Source: Candidatus Alectryobacillus merdavium
GTDB lineage: Bacteria; Bacillota_I; Bacilli_A; RFN20; CAG-826
NCBI GenBank assembly: GCA_017694735.1
Contig: JADIMN010000100.1
Coordinates: 3,335 to 27,334 of the forward strand
Direction: 5' to 3'
Length of the DNA stretch: 24,000 bases
Shown: positions 9,270 through 17,179 of the stretch, one piece after another
How the letters are laid out: each line of letters begins with the position of its first letter
Numbering within the stretch: the stretch's first letter is position 1
Made by a program: the position numbers and the translations under genes
The notes under the pieces: generated by a model
The model's input: only the letters and a program-made list of their open reading frames with translations
Told to the model about the DNA's origin: nothing
Databases searched by the model: none

Positions 9270-11194
9270 TGCGAATTAAGCTCCTTTTTAATGTTTACTT
9301 TTTTTAAATACGATTTATAAACTGCAAAGAAAAATTCGATAATTATTAAAAATCCAATAAAAATAAAAGCTATTATAATAAATAAATTAGTGTTTAAATA
9401 ATCGTTGATTTTTATAGGTAAAAAATACTTTACAAAACTAAAAAAACAAATAATCAAACCAATATTGAAAAATATTGAAATTATTATAGGTTTAAGAACT
9501 TCGCTTTTTATGGAATTTAATATATTTTCATCCTTAAAACCAATAACTTTTAAAATAGCTATATTCTTTTTATTAAATAATATTCTTGAAAATATCGAAA
9601 ATCCTAAAACACAAAAAGCGCCAATATAAGAAATAATATTAAAAATCAAAACGAAACTACAGCTTGATAAAATTAGATCCTTAAAACTTTTCCACGAATC
9701 TAAAACTCTGTTTTCTAAGATGTATATTTCATTTGATTCTGGAGATAATTCTAATCTATTAAAATTTCTTTCAAATGCAACTAACTTATATGAACTAATA
9801 TCACTATTATTTTCACTATTTTTAATATATTTATATACATTTGATGTTACCCCTCCATTTTCATTACACTTTATCTTAGCAAAGTCATTTTTTACTTTAA
9901 CATAAGGATAATAAATAACAGGAATATTTATAAGATGAACATCTTTTTTAATATTAAGGTTACTAAAATAATAATTTTTATTTATAGAGTTTGTTAATGT
10001 CTCACCCTCAATATTGTAATTAAGTTCAAAATTTATTGTTATTTCGATATTAGACTTACCTATTGATTGATTAAAACATTCATTGCAAAAGAAATCTTGA
10101 CTCTCAGAATCAAAATAAGGTTCAAAAATTACTGTTTCAAATACTTCATTATTATTAATGTAAAGTGAGCATGAATTAAATATATAATCAAAAGATACAT
10201 CAACGTAACAATCATTAAGCTCAACCATGCTTTGTAATTCGTTTTCTTCTGGTCTTACAACTTGAACAAAGCTTAAATTTTTATTTTCGCTAACATTAAT
10301 TTTCTTTGAAATAGAATAATAATTACAATTAAAATACAAATTTTGAATATTATTATCCAATATGTCAAAAGATTCATTTAATAATACCAAAGCTAAAGAA
10401 ATCACAAACGATATCATTAAAGTAATGAAAATACCTACATTATGAAAAGTATTTGTAAAAATTTTTCCTGCAATTTTAGAAAACTCTTTTTTATTAATAT
10501 TCTTTTCTTTCTTTACTTTTTTAATTTCTGAAGACGAAATACAATTTAAATTAAATAATTCTTTATTTTGAATCTCACCATCTTTTAAGTAATAAATAAA
10601 ATCAGCATATTTATTAACTAATTCCAAATCATGCGAAACAACAATAACTAATTTTTTTAAAGATAATTCTTTTAGCATTTTAAAAATAATTTCGGCATTC
10701 ACACTATCAACACTTCCAGTAGGTTCATCTAAAAAAATTATGTCAGGATCTTTTAATAAAGATCTAATTATAGAAACTCTTTGAGTTTCGCCTCCAGAAA
10801 TTTGAGATATTTTTTTATCCTTTATATTATTTAAATTAAATTTATGCAGCAATTCATCAATATTTTTGCTTGTCTTAATTCCAAGTTTAATATTTTGTAG
10901 TAATAAATTTTCATATACTGTTAATTCTTCGATTAAATTAAAATTTTGAAACGAAATTGAAAAGCTTTTATCTAATACATGAGAATTCTTTTTTATTTTT
11001 TTGTTTTCAAAATAAACACCGCCATCATATTCATGATCAATATTACATAAAATATTTAGCAACGTTGATTTGCCACTTCCAGACTTTCCGCAAATAAAAT
11101 AAAGACCTGTATCTAAAAATTTACAAGAAACATTTTTCAAAATTATAGAGTTTGTACTTTTAATTATTTTAGTTATATTTACTGCTTCTAACAA
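9266..11194 (-). CDS. Fused ABC transporter ATP-binding / FtsX-type (MacB-like) permease protein with a ~230-aa extracytoplasmic domain
   Basis: 642 aa. Walker A GKSGSGKST, signature ISGGETQRV, Walker B IIFLDEPTGSVD, H-loop VSHD. TM1 is VGIFITLMISFVISLALVLL, followed by an extracytoplasmic region and three C-terminal TMs with the FtsX motif ILKVIGFKDENI. TTG start with GGAGGT 5 nt upstream. Confidence 0.85.
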   Translation of the reverse strand: MLEAVNITKIIKSTNSIILKNVSCKFLDTGLYFICGKSGSGKSTLLNILCNIDHEYDGGVYFENKKIKKNSHVLDKSFSISFQNFNLIEELTVYENLLLQNIKLGIKTSKNIDELLHKFNLNNIKDKKISQISGGETQRVSIIRSLLKDPDIIFLDEPTGSVDSVNAEIIFKMLKELSLKKLVIVVSHDLELVNKYADFIYYLKDGEIQNKELFNLNCISSSEIKKVKKEKNINKKEFSKIAGKIFTNTFHNVGIFITLMISFVISLALVLLNESFDILDNNIQNLYFNCNYYSISKKINVSENKNLSFVQVVRPEENELQSMVELNDCYVDVSFDYIFNSCSLYINNNEVFETVIFEPYFDSESQDFFCNECFNQSIGKSNIEITINFELNYNIEGETLTNSINKNYYFSNLNIKKDVHLINIPVIYYPYVKVKNDFAKIKCNENGGVTSNVYKYIKNSENNSDISSYKLVAFERNFNRLELSPESNEIYILENRVLDSWKSFKDLILSSCSFVLIFNIISYIGAFCVLGFSIFSRILFNKKNIAILKVIGFKDENILNSIKSEVLKPIIISIFFNIGLIICFFSFVKYFLPIKINDYLNTNLFIIIAFIFIGFLIIIEFFFAVYKSYLKKVNIKKELNSQ

Positions 11195-11231
11195 AAAAGA
11201 CCTCCTTTATAAATAAGTCGGTCTTAATTTT

Positions 11232-11450
11232 TTATTTTTCCAAAAATTTTGATTCGTAACTATCTATTTTTCTTCGAACTTTCTTTTCAAATTCTTCTCT
11301 TGGAAACATAATATAATTCCCACACCCCAAACAACGAATCTTTATATCAGCTCCCATTCTAACGATTTGAAAATACTTACATCTACTAGCACAAGGATGT
11401 AACTTTTTCATTTCGACAATGTCATGTAAATCATATTTAAAATTAATCAT
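11232..11450 (-). CDS. DUF951-family small zinc-ribbon-like protein (YyzM-like)
   Basis: YDLHDIVEMKK.HPC....C..FQIVRMGADIKIRCLGCG...MFPREEFEKK is the typical DUF951 pattern, with CxxxC...CxxC. The ORF track starts at 11456. I prefer the ATG at 11450 because GGAGG is 6 nt upstream of it and directly abuts the first ATG. Confidence 0.7.
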   Translation of the reverse strand: MINFKYDLHDIVEMKKLHPCASRCKYFQIVRMGADIKIRCLGCGNYIMFPREEFEKKVRRKIDSYESKFLEK

Positions 11451-13053
11451 TTTCATCCTCCATTAAAACGGCATTTGGAATCTTTGGTAATCCTGGCATA
11501 GTTAAAATATTACCTAAATAAACTACAATAAAACCAGCACCGTTTGATAGAGAAACATCTCTTACAGTTACATCAAAATCTCTAGGAGCATTCAATAAAT
11601 TTTTATTATCAGAAAAAGAATTTTGGGTTTTCGCAATGCAAATAGGTAAATTGGTCTTATTTAATTTTTCTATTTCTTTTATTTTTTCAAATGCTTGACT
11701 AGTATAATTAATATTTCTACAGTGATAAATTTTATGACAAATAGTTGAAACCTTATCTTCTATACTTTGATTTAATTCGTATAAAAATCTAAAGTTTGGT
11801 TTTTTTGTATCAAGCATTTCACAAACTTTACTAGCTAAATCAACAGCACCATCTGCTCCCTTAATAAATGAATCTAAGAATGAATATTGATAAGTATTTT
11901 TTATGCACCATTGTTTTAGAAAATCTATTTCGCTTTGATGATCTGTTGCAAAGTGGTTAATAGCAATTACTACCGGAACTCCATATAATTTCAAATTTTC
12001 TACATGTTGTTTAAGATTAGCAGTTCCAATTTCAAGTGCCTCAACATTTTCTTTTCCTAAAGAATCAAAATCAACTCCACCATGCATCTTTAAAGCTCTA
12101 ATTGTTGCAACTAAAACAATAACATCTGGGCTAAAATCTCCAACTCTGCATTTTATATCTAAAAATTTCTCAGCTCCTAAATCTGAAGCAAAACCAGCTT
12201 CTGTTACAACAAGAGGAGAAATATTTAGAGCCAGATTTGTTGCGATAAGAGAATTGCATCCATGTGCAATATTAGCAAAAGGGCCACCATGAACTAAAAC
12301 TGGATTTTCATTACAAGTTTGTACTAAGTTAGGAAGCAAAGCATATTTCATTAATTTCATTATTGCATTAGAAATTTTTAAATCTTTTAAATAAACTGGC
12401 TCATCATTAAAGTTGTATGCAACAATGATATTTTCTAATCTAGTTTTAAAATCATTTTTGTCTTTTGCTAAACACAAAATAGCCATAAGTTCGCTAGCAA
12501 CAGTAATACAAAAAGAGTCATTTCTTTCTACTCCGTTTTTATCGCCAATTCCAATTCTTATATTTCTTAAAGTTCTATCGTTAATATCAAGCGATCTTTT
12601 CCATAATATTTTATCTGGGTTTATTTTTAATTCGTTCCCCATAAAAATATGATTGTCGATAATTGCACTTATTAAATCTATTGAGGAAGTTAATGCATGT
12701 AGATCACCTGTAAAATGCAAATTAATGTCTTCTTGTGGTTCTATTGTTTCTTTTCCACCACCAACAGCACCACCTTTTAGACCAAAAACTGGTCCTAATG
12801 AAGGCTCTCTTAAACAAGCCATAGCCTTTCTTCCAATTTTATTTAGTCCATCAACTAAACCAATTGTTGTAGCAGTCTTCCCTTCACCAGCTTTTGTAGG
12901 TGTAATGGCAGTAACTAAAACTAACTTTCCTTTTTTATTATTTGAATGTTGTAAAATAAAATCTTCTTTAATCTTAGCTTTATCATTACCATACAATATT
13001 AACTCGTCTTCGTTAATATTAAGTTTTTTTGCAATATCAATTATGTTTTTCAT
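11443..13053 (-). CDS. fhs: Formate--tetrahydrofolate ligase
   Basis: 536 aa. VTAITPTKAGEGKTATTIGL nucleotide-binding motif, GPVFGLKGGAVGGG, and overall FTHFS-family length. AGAGGT SD. Confidence 0.95.
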   Translation of the reverse strand: MKNIIDIAKKLNINEDELILYGNDKAKIKEDFILQHSNNKKGKLVLVTAITPTKAGEGKTATTIGLVDGLNKIGRKAMACLREPSLGPVFGLKGGAVGGGKETIEPQEDINLHFTGDLHALTSSIDLISAIIDNHIFMGNELKINPDKILWKRSLDINDRTLRNIRIGIGDKNGVERNDSFCITVASELMAILCLAKDKNDFKTRLENIIVAYNFNDEPVYLKDLKISNAIMKLMKYALLPNLVQTCNENPVLVHGGPFANIAHGCNSLIATNLALNISPLVVTEAGFASDLGAEKFLDIKCRVGDFSPDVIVLVATIRALKMHGGVDFDSLGKENVEALEIGTANLKQHVENLKLYGVPVVIAINHFATDHQSEIDFLKQWCIKNTYQYSFLDSFIKGADGAVDLASKVCEMLDTKKPNFRFLYELNQSIEDKVSTICHKIYHCRNINYTSQAFEKIKEIEKLNKTNLPICIAKTQNSFSDNKNLLNAPRDFDVTVRDVSLSNGAGFIVVYLGNILTMPGLPKIPNAVLMEDEND

Positions 13054-13070
13054 ATGGTAAACCTCTTTTG

Positions 13071-13775
13071 TTAGTGATTATTATACTTTTCTATAAAGAA
13101 ATTAACAACATAATATCCAATTAATAATCCCGCTGTTGAAGGAGCAAAAATCATTGAGGCAACTCCTTCCTCTCTTTTTTCATAATTACTTGATGAAAAA
13201 CAAACTTTAACTTTTGAAGCATCAAGACCTTCTTTTTTAAGTTCATATCTAAGTTTTCTTGCTAACGGATCATTAAAAGTTTTGTTTAATGAAACTATCT
13301 TTATATTTTCTGGAGATAATCTATTACCCATTCCAAGAGAAGAAATAAAATTAATTTTATTATTTAAACAATGTTTTATTAATAATTTTTTTGCTTTTAT
13401 ATCATCAATTGCATCAATAACAAAATCATATTCATTTAAAATATCAAAATCAAAATTTTCGTTTATTGTTGTATTTATACCAACACTCTTACAATTAGGA
13501 GATAGTAATTTTAATTTGTTTAAACACACTTCTACTTTGCTTTTATTTAAATCATTTATATCATAAAAAAGTTGTCTATTTAAATTAGATAGACATACAT
13601 TGTCAAAATCAATTAATAAAAAATTTAAAACACAGCTTCTAACAAGACTCATTAAAGCAGTGCCACCAACTCCGCCCAAGCCGATTACACAAATTTTAAG
13701 ATTTTTTATAATGTTAAAATTGTCTCTTCCAATAAGATCAATACTCCGTTTAAATATTTCTTCCATAATTTTCAA
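13071..13775 (-). CDS. tcdA: tRNA threonylcarbamoyladenosine dehydratase (ThiF/MoeB-fold, TcdA/CsdL type)
   Basis: 234 aa. ICVIGLGGVGGTALMSLVRSCVLNFLLIDFDNVCLSNLNRQ matches the TcdA Rossmann/NRQ motif, and the short length lacks MoeB/ThiF C-terminal Cys motifs. The track start is TTG 13775. An ATG at 13766 (MEEIF...) is an alternative. Either overlaps the miaA 3' end. Confidence 0.8.
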   Translation of the reverse strand: MKIMEEIFKRSIDLIGRDNFNIIKNLKICVIGLGGVGGTALMSLVRSCVLNFLLIDFDNVCLSNLNRQLFYDINDLNKSKVEVCLNKLKLLSPNCKSVGINTTINENFDFDILNEYDFVIDAIDDIKAKKLLIKHCLNNKINFISSLGMGNRLSPENIKIVSLNKTFNDPLARKLRYELKKEGLDASKVKVCFSSSNYEKREEGVASMIFAPSTAGLLIGYYVVNFFIEKYNNH

Positions 13776-14637
13776 TTACATAATCATATAACTTTGAACT
13801 ATCATCAAACCAAACAACATTTTCAAATTGATTTTTAAAAAAAGTCATTTGTCGTTTTGCATAGTTTCTTGTATTCTTCTTAATAAGATTAATTATCTCA
13901 CTATCTACAATCCTTAATAAAAATTCCTTATATCCAATAGCAGTTAAAGAGGAAAGAGTGGAAGGATGATTTTTAAAAACATCAATAGCCTCATCTTTTA
14001 AACCATTTTTAATCATTTCATCTACTCTATTATTTATATTTGAATATAAGATTTCTCTATCGATATTCAATCCTAAAAAATGTACATTATCATAAATGCA
14101 TTTATGACTTTGCTTATTTTCAAAGTCAATCTTATTAACTCCATCTGGCAAATTATCTAATATATCTAAAGCATGTATAATTCTTTTTCTATTATTAATA
14201 TGTATCTTATTAGCTGTTTCCTTATCTCTTTGAATTAACATTTGATAAAGTTCTTCATTTGATAACTTTAAGTATTTTTCTTTATTATCTACTTTAAATT
14301 GTACAAAATCATAATCATATAATGCACTTTTTAAATACAATCCACTTCCGGATACAACAACGATATTTATATTTTCTTTAAGTAAATTATCTATGCAATT
14401 CCTAAATATTTTTTGAAAAGAATAAATTGTAAGTGGTTCATCAACACTTTGAATACTATATAAATAATGTTTAACTTTTTTAAAATCTTCTTCACTTGGT
14501 TTTGCAACACCGATATTAAGTTCTTTATATGCTTGATATGGATCTGCATTAACAATAACTCCATTAACAAAACTTGCAATTTTTATTGCAAGTGATGATT
14601 TTCCACTACAAGTTGGTCCGAGCAAAACTATTATCAT
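13750..14637 (-). CDS. miaA: tRNA dimethylallyltransferase
   Basis: 295 aa. N-terminal P-loop IIVLLGPTCSGKSSLAI, with IPP-transferase-family layout. ATG overlaps the upstream stop (ATGA 14634..14637). Confidence 0.9.
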   Translation of the reverse strand: MIIVLLGPTCSGKSSLAIKIASFVNGVIVNADPYQAYKELNIGVAKPSEEDFKKVKHYLYSIQSVDEPLTIYSFQKIFRNCIDNLLKENINIVVVSGSGLYLKSALYDYDFVQFKVDNKEKYLKLSNEELYQMLIQRDKETANKIHINNRKRIIHALDILDNLPDGVNKIDFENKQSHKCIYDNVHFLGLNIDREILYSNINNRVDEMIKNGLKDEAIDVFKNHPSTLSSLTAIGYKEFLLRIVDSEIINLIKKNTRNYAKRQMTFFKNQFENVVWFDDSSKLYDYVIENYGRNI

Positions 14638-14957
14638 AAAACTAATATATCCTTAATTTCATCAGTTAAAAGAATGATTTCTTTTTTTATATTTTTAAAA
14701 TTTATAATTAAAGGGTGATTATTTATAAGGGTTGAATATTCATCGTATTTAGTTTTGTATTTTTTATATTTTGCCTCATTTTCTTTATATTCATTATAAA
14801 CCATTTTTTGTTTATAATACTTTTTAGCTTTAAAAAAGTTCTGCAATTCCTTATTATTTTTGATGAGTTCAATATATTCAAAATATCGTTTTGAAACTTC
14901 TAAATTAAGAATATCATTTTTTATATTTCTAATATCATCAAAAAAATTTTCAATCAT
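14634..14957 (-). CDS. YlbF/YmcA-family protein (RicA-like), cysteine-free
   Basis: About 107 aa, predicted helical. The pattern ...YFEYIELIKNNKEL....K....K........HPLIINFKNIKKEIILLTDEIKDIL resembles B. subtilis YmcA (...IPVIQEFRDSQMEVNDLLQLVAHTI). Its position immediately after miaB matches the B. subtilis ymcB(miaB)-ymcA order. The track start is GTG 14960 and I prefer ATG 14957. Confidence 0.5.
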   Translation of the reverse strand: MIENFFDDIRNIKNDILNLEVSKRYFEYIELIKNNKELQNFFKAKKYYKQKMVYNEYKENEAKYKKYKTKYDEYSTLINNHPLIINFKNIKKEIILLTDEIKDILVL

Positions 14958-16395
14958 CACTGACTAGCTCTCCAATAAGCGAATAAGTATGAGATTCAAT
15001 AATTTTCACATTTACAATTTTACCAATTAAAGACGGATCGCCTTTAAAATTCACTAATTTATTGTTTTGATTGTAGCCTGATAAAACATCGCTATTCTTT
15101 TTTGAGACGCCCTCAACTAGTACATCAAAAACTTTGCCAACCATCGCATTTGATTTTTCTTCAATAATTTTTTCCAATTCTTTTACAAGTCTAGTAAATC
15201 TTATACTTTTTTCTTTACTAGTAACATTATCTTTAATCTTTGCTGCAGGAGTTCCAACTCGTGGTGAATAAATAAAAGTAAAAGCACTATCATATTTAAC
15301 TTCTTTTACTAATTTAATAGTATCTTCAAACTCTTCATCACTTTCATTTGGAAAGCCAACAATAATATCCGTAGACAAAGCTAGATTTGGAATTTTCTCT
15401 TTTAGTTTATTTACTAAATCTAAATATTGTTTAGAAGTATATCTTCTATTCATTGATCTTAAAATTGAATCGCTACCGCTTTGAACTGGTAAATGAATAT
15501 ATTTCATAATATTGTCATATTTTGAAATAACATCTATCATCTTGTCATTAAAATCCCAAGGATGAGAAGTTAAAAATCTTAACCTTTTAACACCAGTTTT
15601 AGCAACATCTTCTAAAAGATTAGAAAAATCATAATCTTCATATAAATCTTTGCCATATGAATTTACGTTTTGTCCGAGCAAAGTAATTTCTAAATAACCT
15701 TTTTCTAGTAATCTATTTACTTCACATAAAATATCTTCTTTTCTTCTGCTTCTTTCTCTACCTCTAGTATAAGGAACAATACAATACGAACAAAACTTAT
15801 CACATCCATATGAAACATTTACAAAAGCTTTAAATTTATCATCTCTAGCAGACTGCGAAATTTCATAAACATCACCAGCACTTGATGTTACATCAACTAA
15901 TCTCACGTTTTCTTTAACGGTTTGTTCTAACAAATTTAAGAAATTGTAAATATCGTGTGTTCCAAAAATTAAATCTACTTGTTTATATGTATCAAGAAGT
16001 TTATTAACAATATGAGTTTGTTCAACCATGCATCCGCAAACGACAATTAGCAAATTAGGATTTTTATTTTTAAGTGCCTTTAATGCTCCAATTTCACCAA
16101 ATACTTTATCTTCTGCGTTTTCTCTAACACAACAAGTATTTAATATTATCAAATCGGCATCATCAACAACTTCAGTTTTATTCATTTTTAAACATTCTAA
16201 AAGACCAGCAAGAGTCTCGCTATCTCGCATATTAGCTTGGCAACCATAAGTTCTTATGTAATATTTTTTCCCATCAAAAAAGTTTAATAAAAACTCACTT
16301 GGTTTTACAAGATATTCAAAGTATTCAATATGTTCTTTTTTCTCTCTTGCCTTTTTTAAATCAGGCAATTTTTCAATTTTAATCTCTTTTTTCAT
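14950..16395 (-). CDS. miaB: tRNA-2-methylthio-N6-dimethylallyladenosine synthase (radical SAM methylthiotransferase)
   Basis: UPF0004 N-domain (YIRTYGCQANMRDSE), radical-SAM CDKFCSYCIVPYTRG, and a C-terminal TRAM domain. The track start is TTG 16401 and I prefer ATG 16395 (MKKEIKIE...). Confidence 0.9.
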   Translation of the reverse strand: MKKEIKIEKLPDLKKAREKKEHIEYFEYLVKPSEFLLNFFDGKKYYIRTYGCQANMRDSETLAGLLECLKMNKTEVVDDADLIILNTCCVRENAEDKVFGEIGALKALKNKNPNLLIVVCGCMVEQTHIVNKLLDTYKQVDLIFGTHDIYNFLNLLEQTVKENVRLVDVTSSAGDVYEISQSARDDKFKAFVNVSYGCDKFCSYCIVPYTRGRERSRRKEDILCEVNRLLEKGYLEITLLGQNVNSYGKDLYEDYDFSNLLEDVAKTGVKRLRFLTSHPWDFNDKMIDVISKYDNIMKYIHLPVQSGSDSILRSMNRRYTSKQYLDLVNKLKEKIPNLALSTDIIVGFPNESDEEFEDTIKLVKEVKYDSAFTFIYSPRVGTPAAKIKDNVTSKEKSIRFTRLVKELEKIIEEKSNAMVGKVFDVLVEGVSKKNSDVLSGYNQNNKLVNFKGDPSLIGKIVNVKIIESHTYSLIGELVSDD

Positions 16396-17179
16396 CTTCA
16401 ATTAAATTAATCAATTCTCCACTAGTTATTTTATTTGTTTCATCATCTACATGTAAAACAATACCATTAATAATATAAGAGTCTTTTTTGTTTATTTTAA
16501 AAACTGATTTTTCATTTAACAATGTCTTTTTAATTACCGAATTAGGATCTACTCCTAATATAGAATGATAAGCACCACACATACCAACATCACTTATATA
16601 AGCAGTACCATTATCTAATATTTTAAAGTCATTTGTTTGAACATGTGTATGAGTTCCAAGAAAAGCAGAAACCTTTCCATCAAAGTAATAAGCAAGAGAT
16701 AATTTTTCACCCGTTGCTTCACCATGTAAGTCAACTATATGTAAATCAACATCTTCCTCATCACTATTTATCAAATTTTCAAGTGAATCTTTAGGGGAAG
16801 CAATACCAATTTCAGGCATAAAAGTTTTACATAATAAGTTTGTGACTCTGATTTTTTTACCATTTACTTTAAAAACCCTACTTCCTAAACCTAGATTATA
16901 ATTTTCCAGGTTCAAAGGTCTTATTAAAATATCTACTGAATTTATAAAATTATCTATTTCTATTTTATTATGATAATGATTTCCCAAAGTAATTGCATCA
17001 ACACCAAGGGATTTTACAAATAAATAATGATTTTTATTTATTCCTTTACCATGAGTGATATTTTCACAATTTACAATTGTAAAATCTATTGAATATGTAG
17101 ATTTTATTTTTTTAAGTTCACTTAAAAGAGCCTTTCTACCAACCTTGCCAACAACATCACCTAAAAATAAAATATTCAT
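16379..17179 (-). CDS. ymdB: YmdB-family metallophosphoesterase (2',3'-cyclic-nucleotide 2'-phosphodiesterase)
   Basis: 266 aa. MNILFLGDVVGKVGRKAL, NCENITHGKG, GNHYHNK, DLHGEATGEK, GTHTHVQTND and AYISDVGMCG align along the whole length with B. subtilis YmdB. It lies directly after rny, as in Bacillus. Confidence 0.88.
   Translation of the reverse strand: MNILFLGDVVGKVGRKALLSELKKIKSTYSIDFTIVNCENITHGKGINKNHYLFVKSLGVDAITLGNHYHNKIEIDNFINSVDILIRPLNLENYNLGLGSRVFKVNGKKIRVTNLLCKTFMPEIGIASPKDSLENLINSDEEDVDLHIVDLHGEATGEKLSLAYYFDGKVSAFLGTHTHVQTNDFKILDNGTAYISDVGMCGAYHSILGVDPNSVIKKTLLNEKSVFKINKKDSYIINGIVLHVDDETNKITSGELINLIEDEKRD

Noticed and set aside
11197-11225. Hairpin AAGACC/GGTCTT followed by a T-run between DUF951 and the first ABC gene. 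Considered as a terminator, or as an attenuator that sequesters the ABC Shine-Dalgarno.
   Set aside because: The stem is only 6 bp and the loop is 17 nt. Only two nucleotides of the GGAGG fall in the stem. This is too weak to call from sequence alone.
12653-13060. 135-aa plus-strand ORF (and its neighbour at 12413..12652) lying antisense to fhs
   Set aside because: It lies entirely inside the well-supported fhs gene on the opposite strand. The sequence is low-complexity, Ser/Phe/Pro-rich mirror-frame translation with no SD. This is a typical shadow ORF in an AT-rich genome.
14391-14579. 62-aa minus-strand ORF inside miaA in another frame
   Set aside because: It is an out-of-frame overlap with the conserved miaA reading frame. 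It has no SD and no motif.
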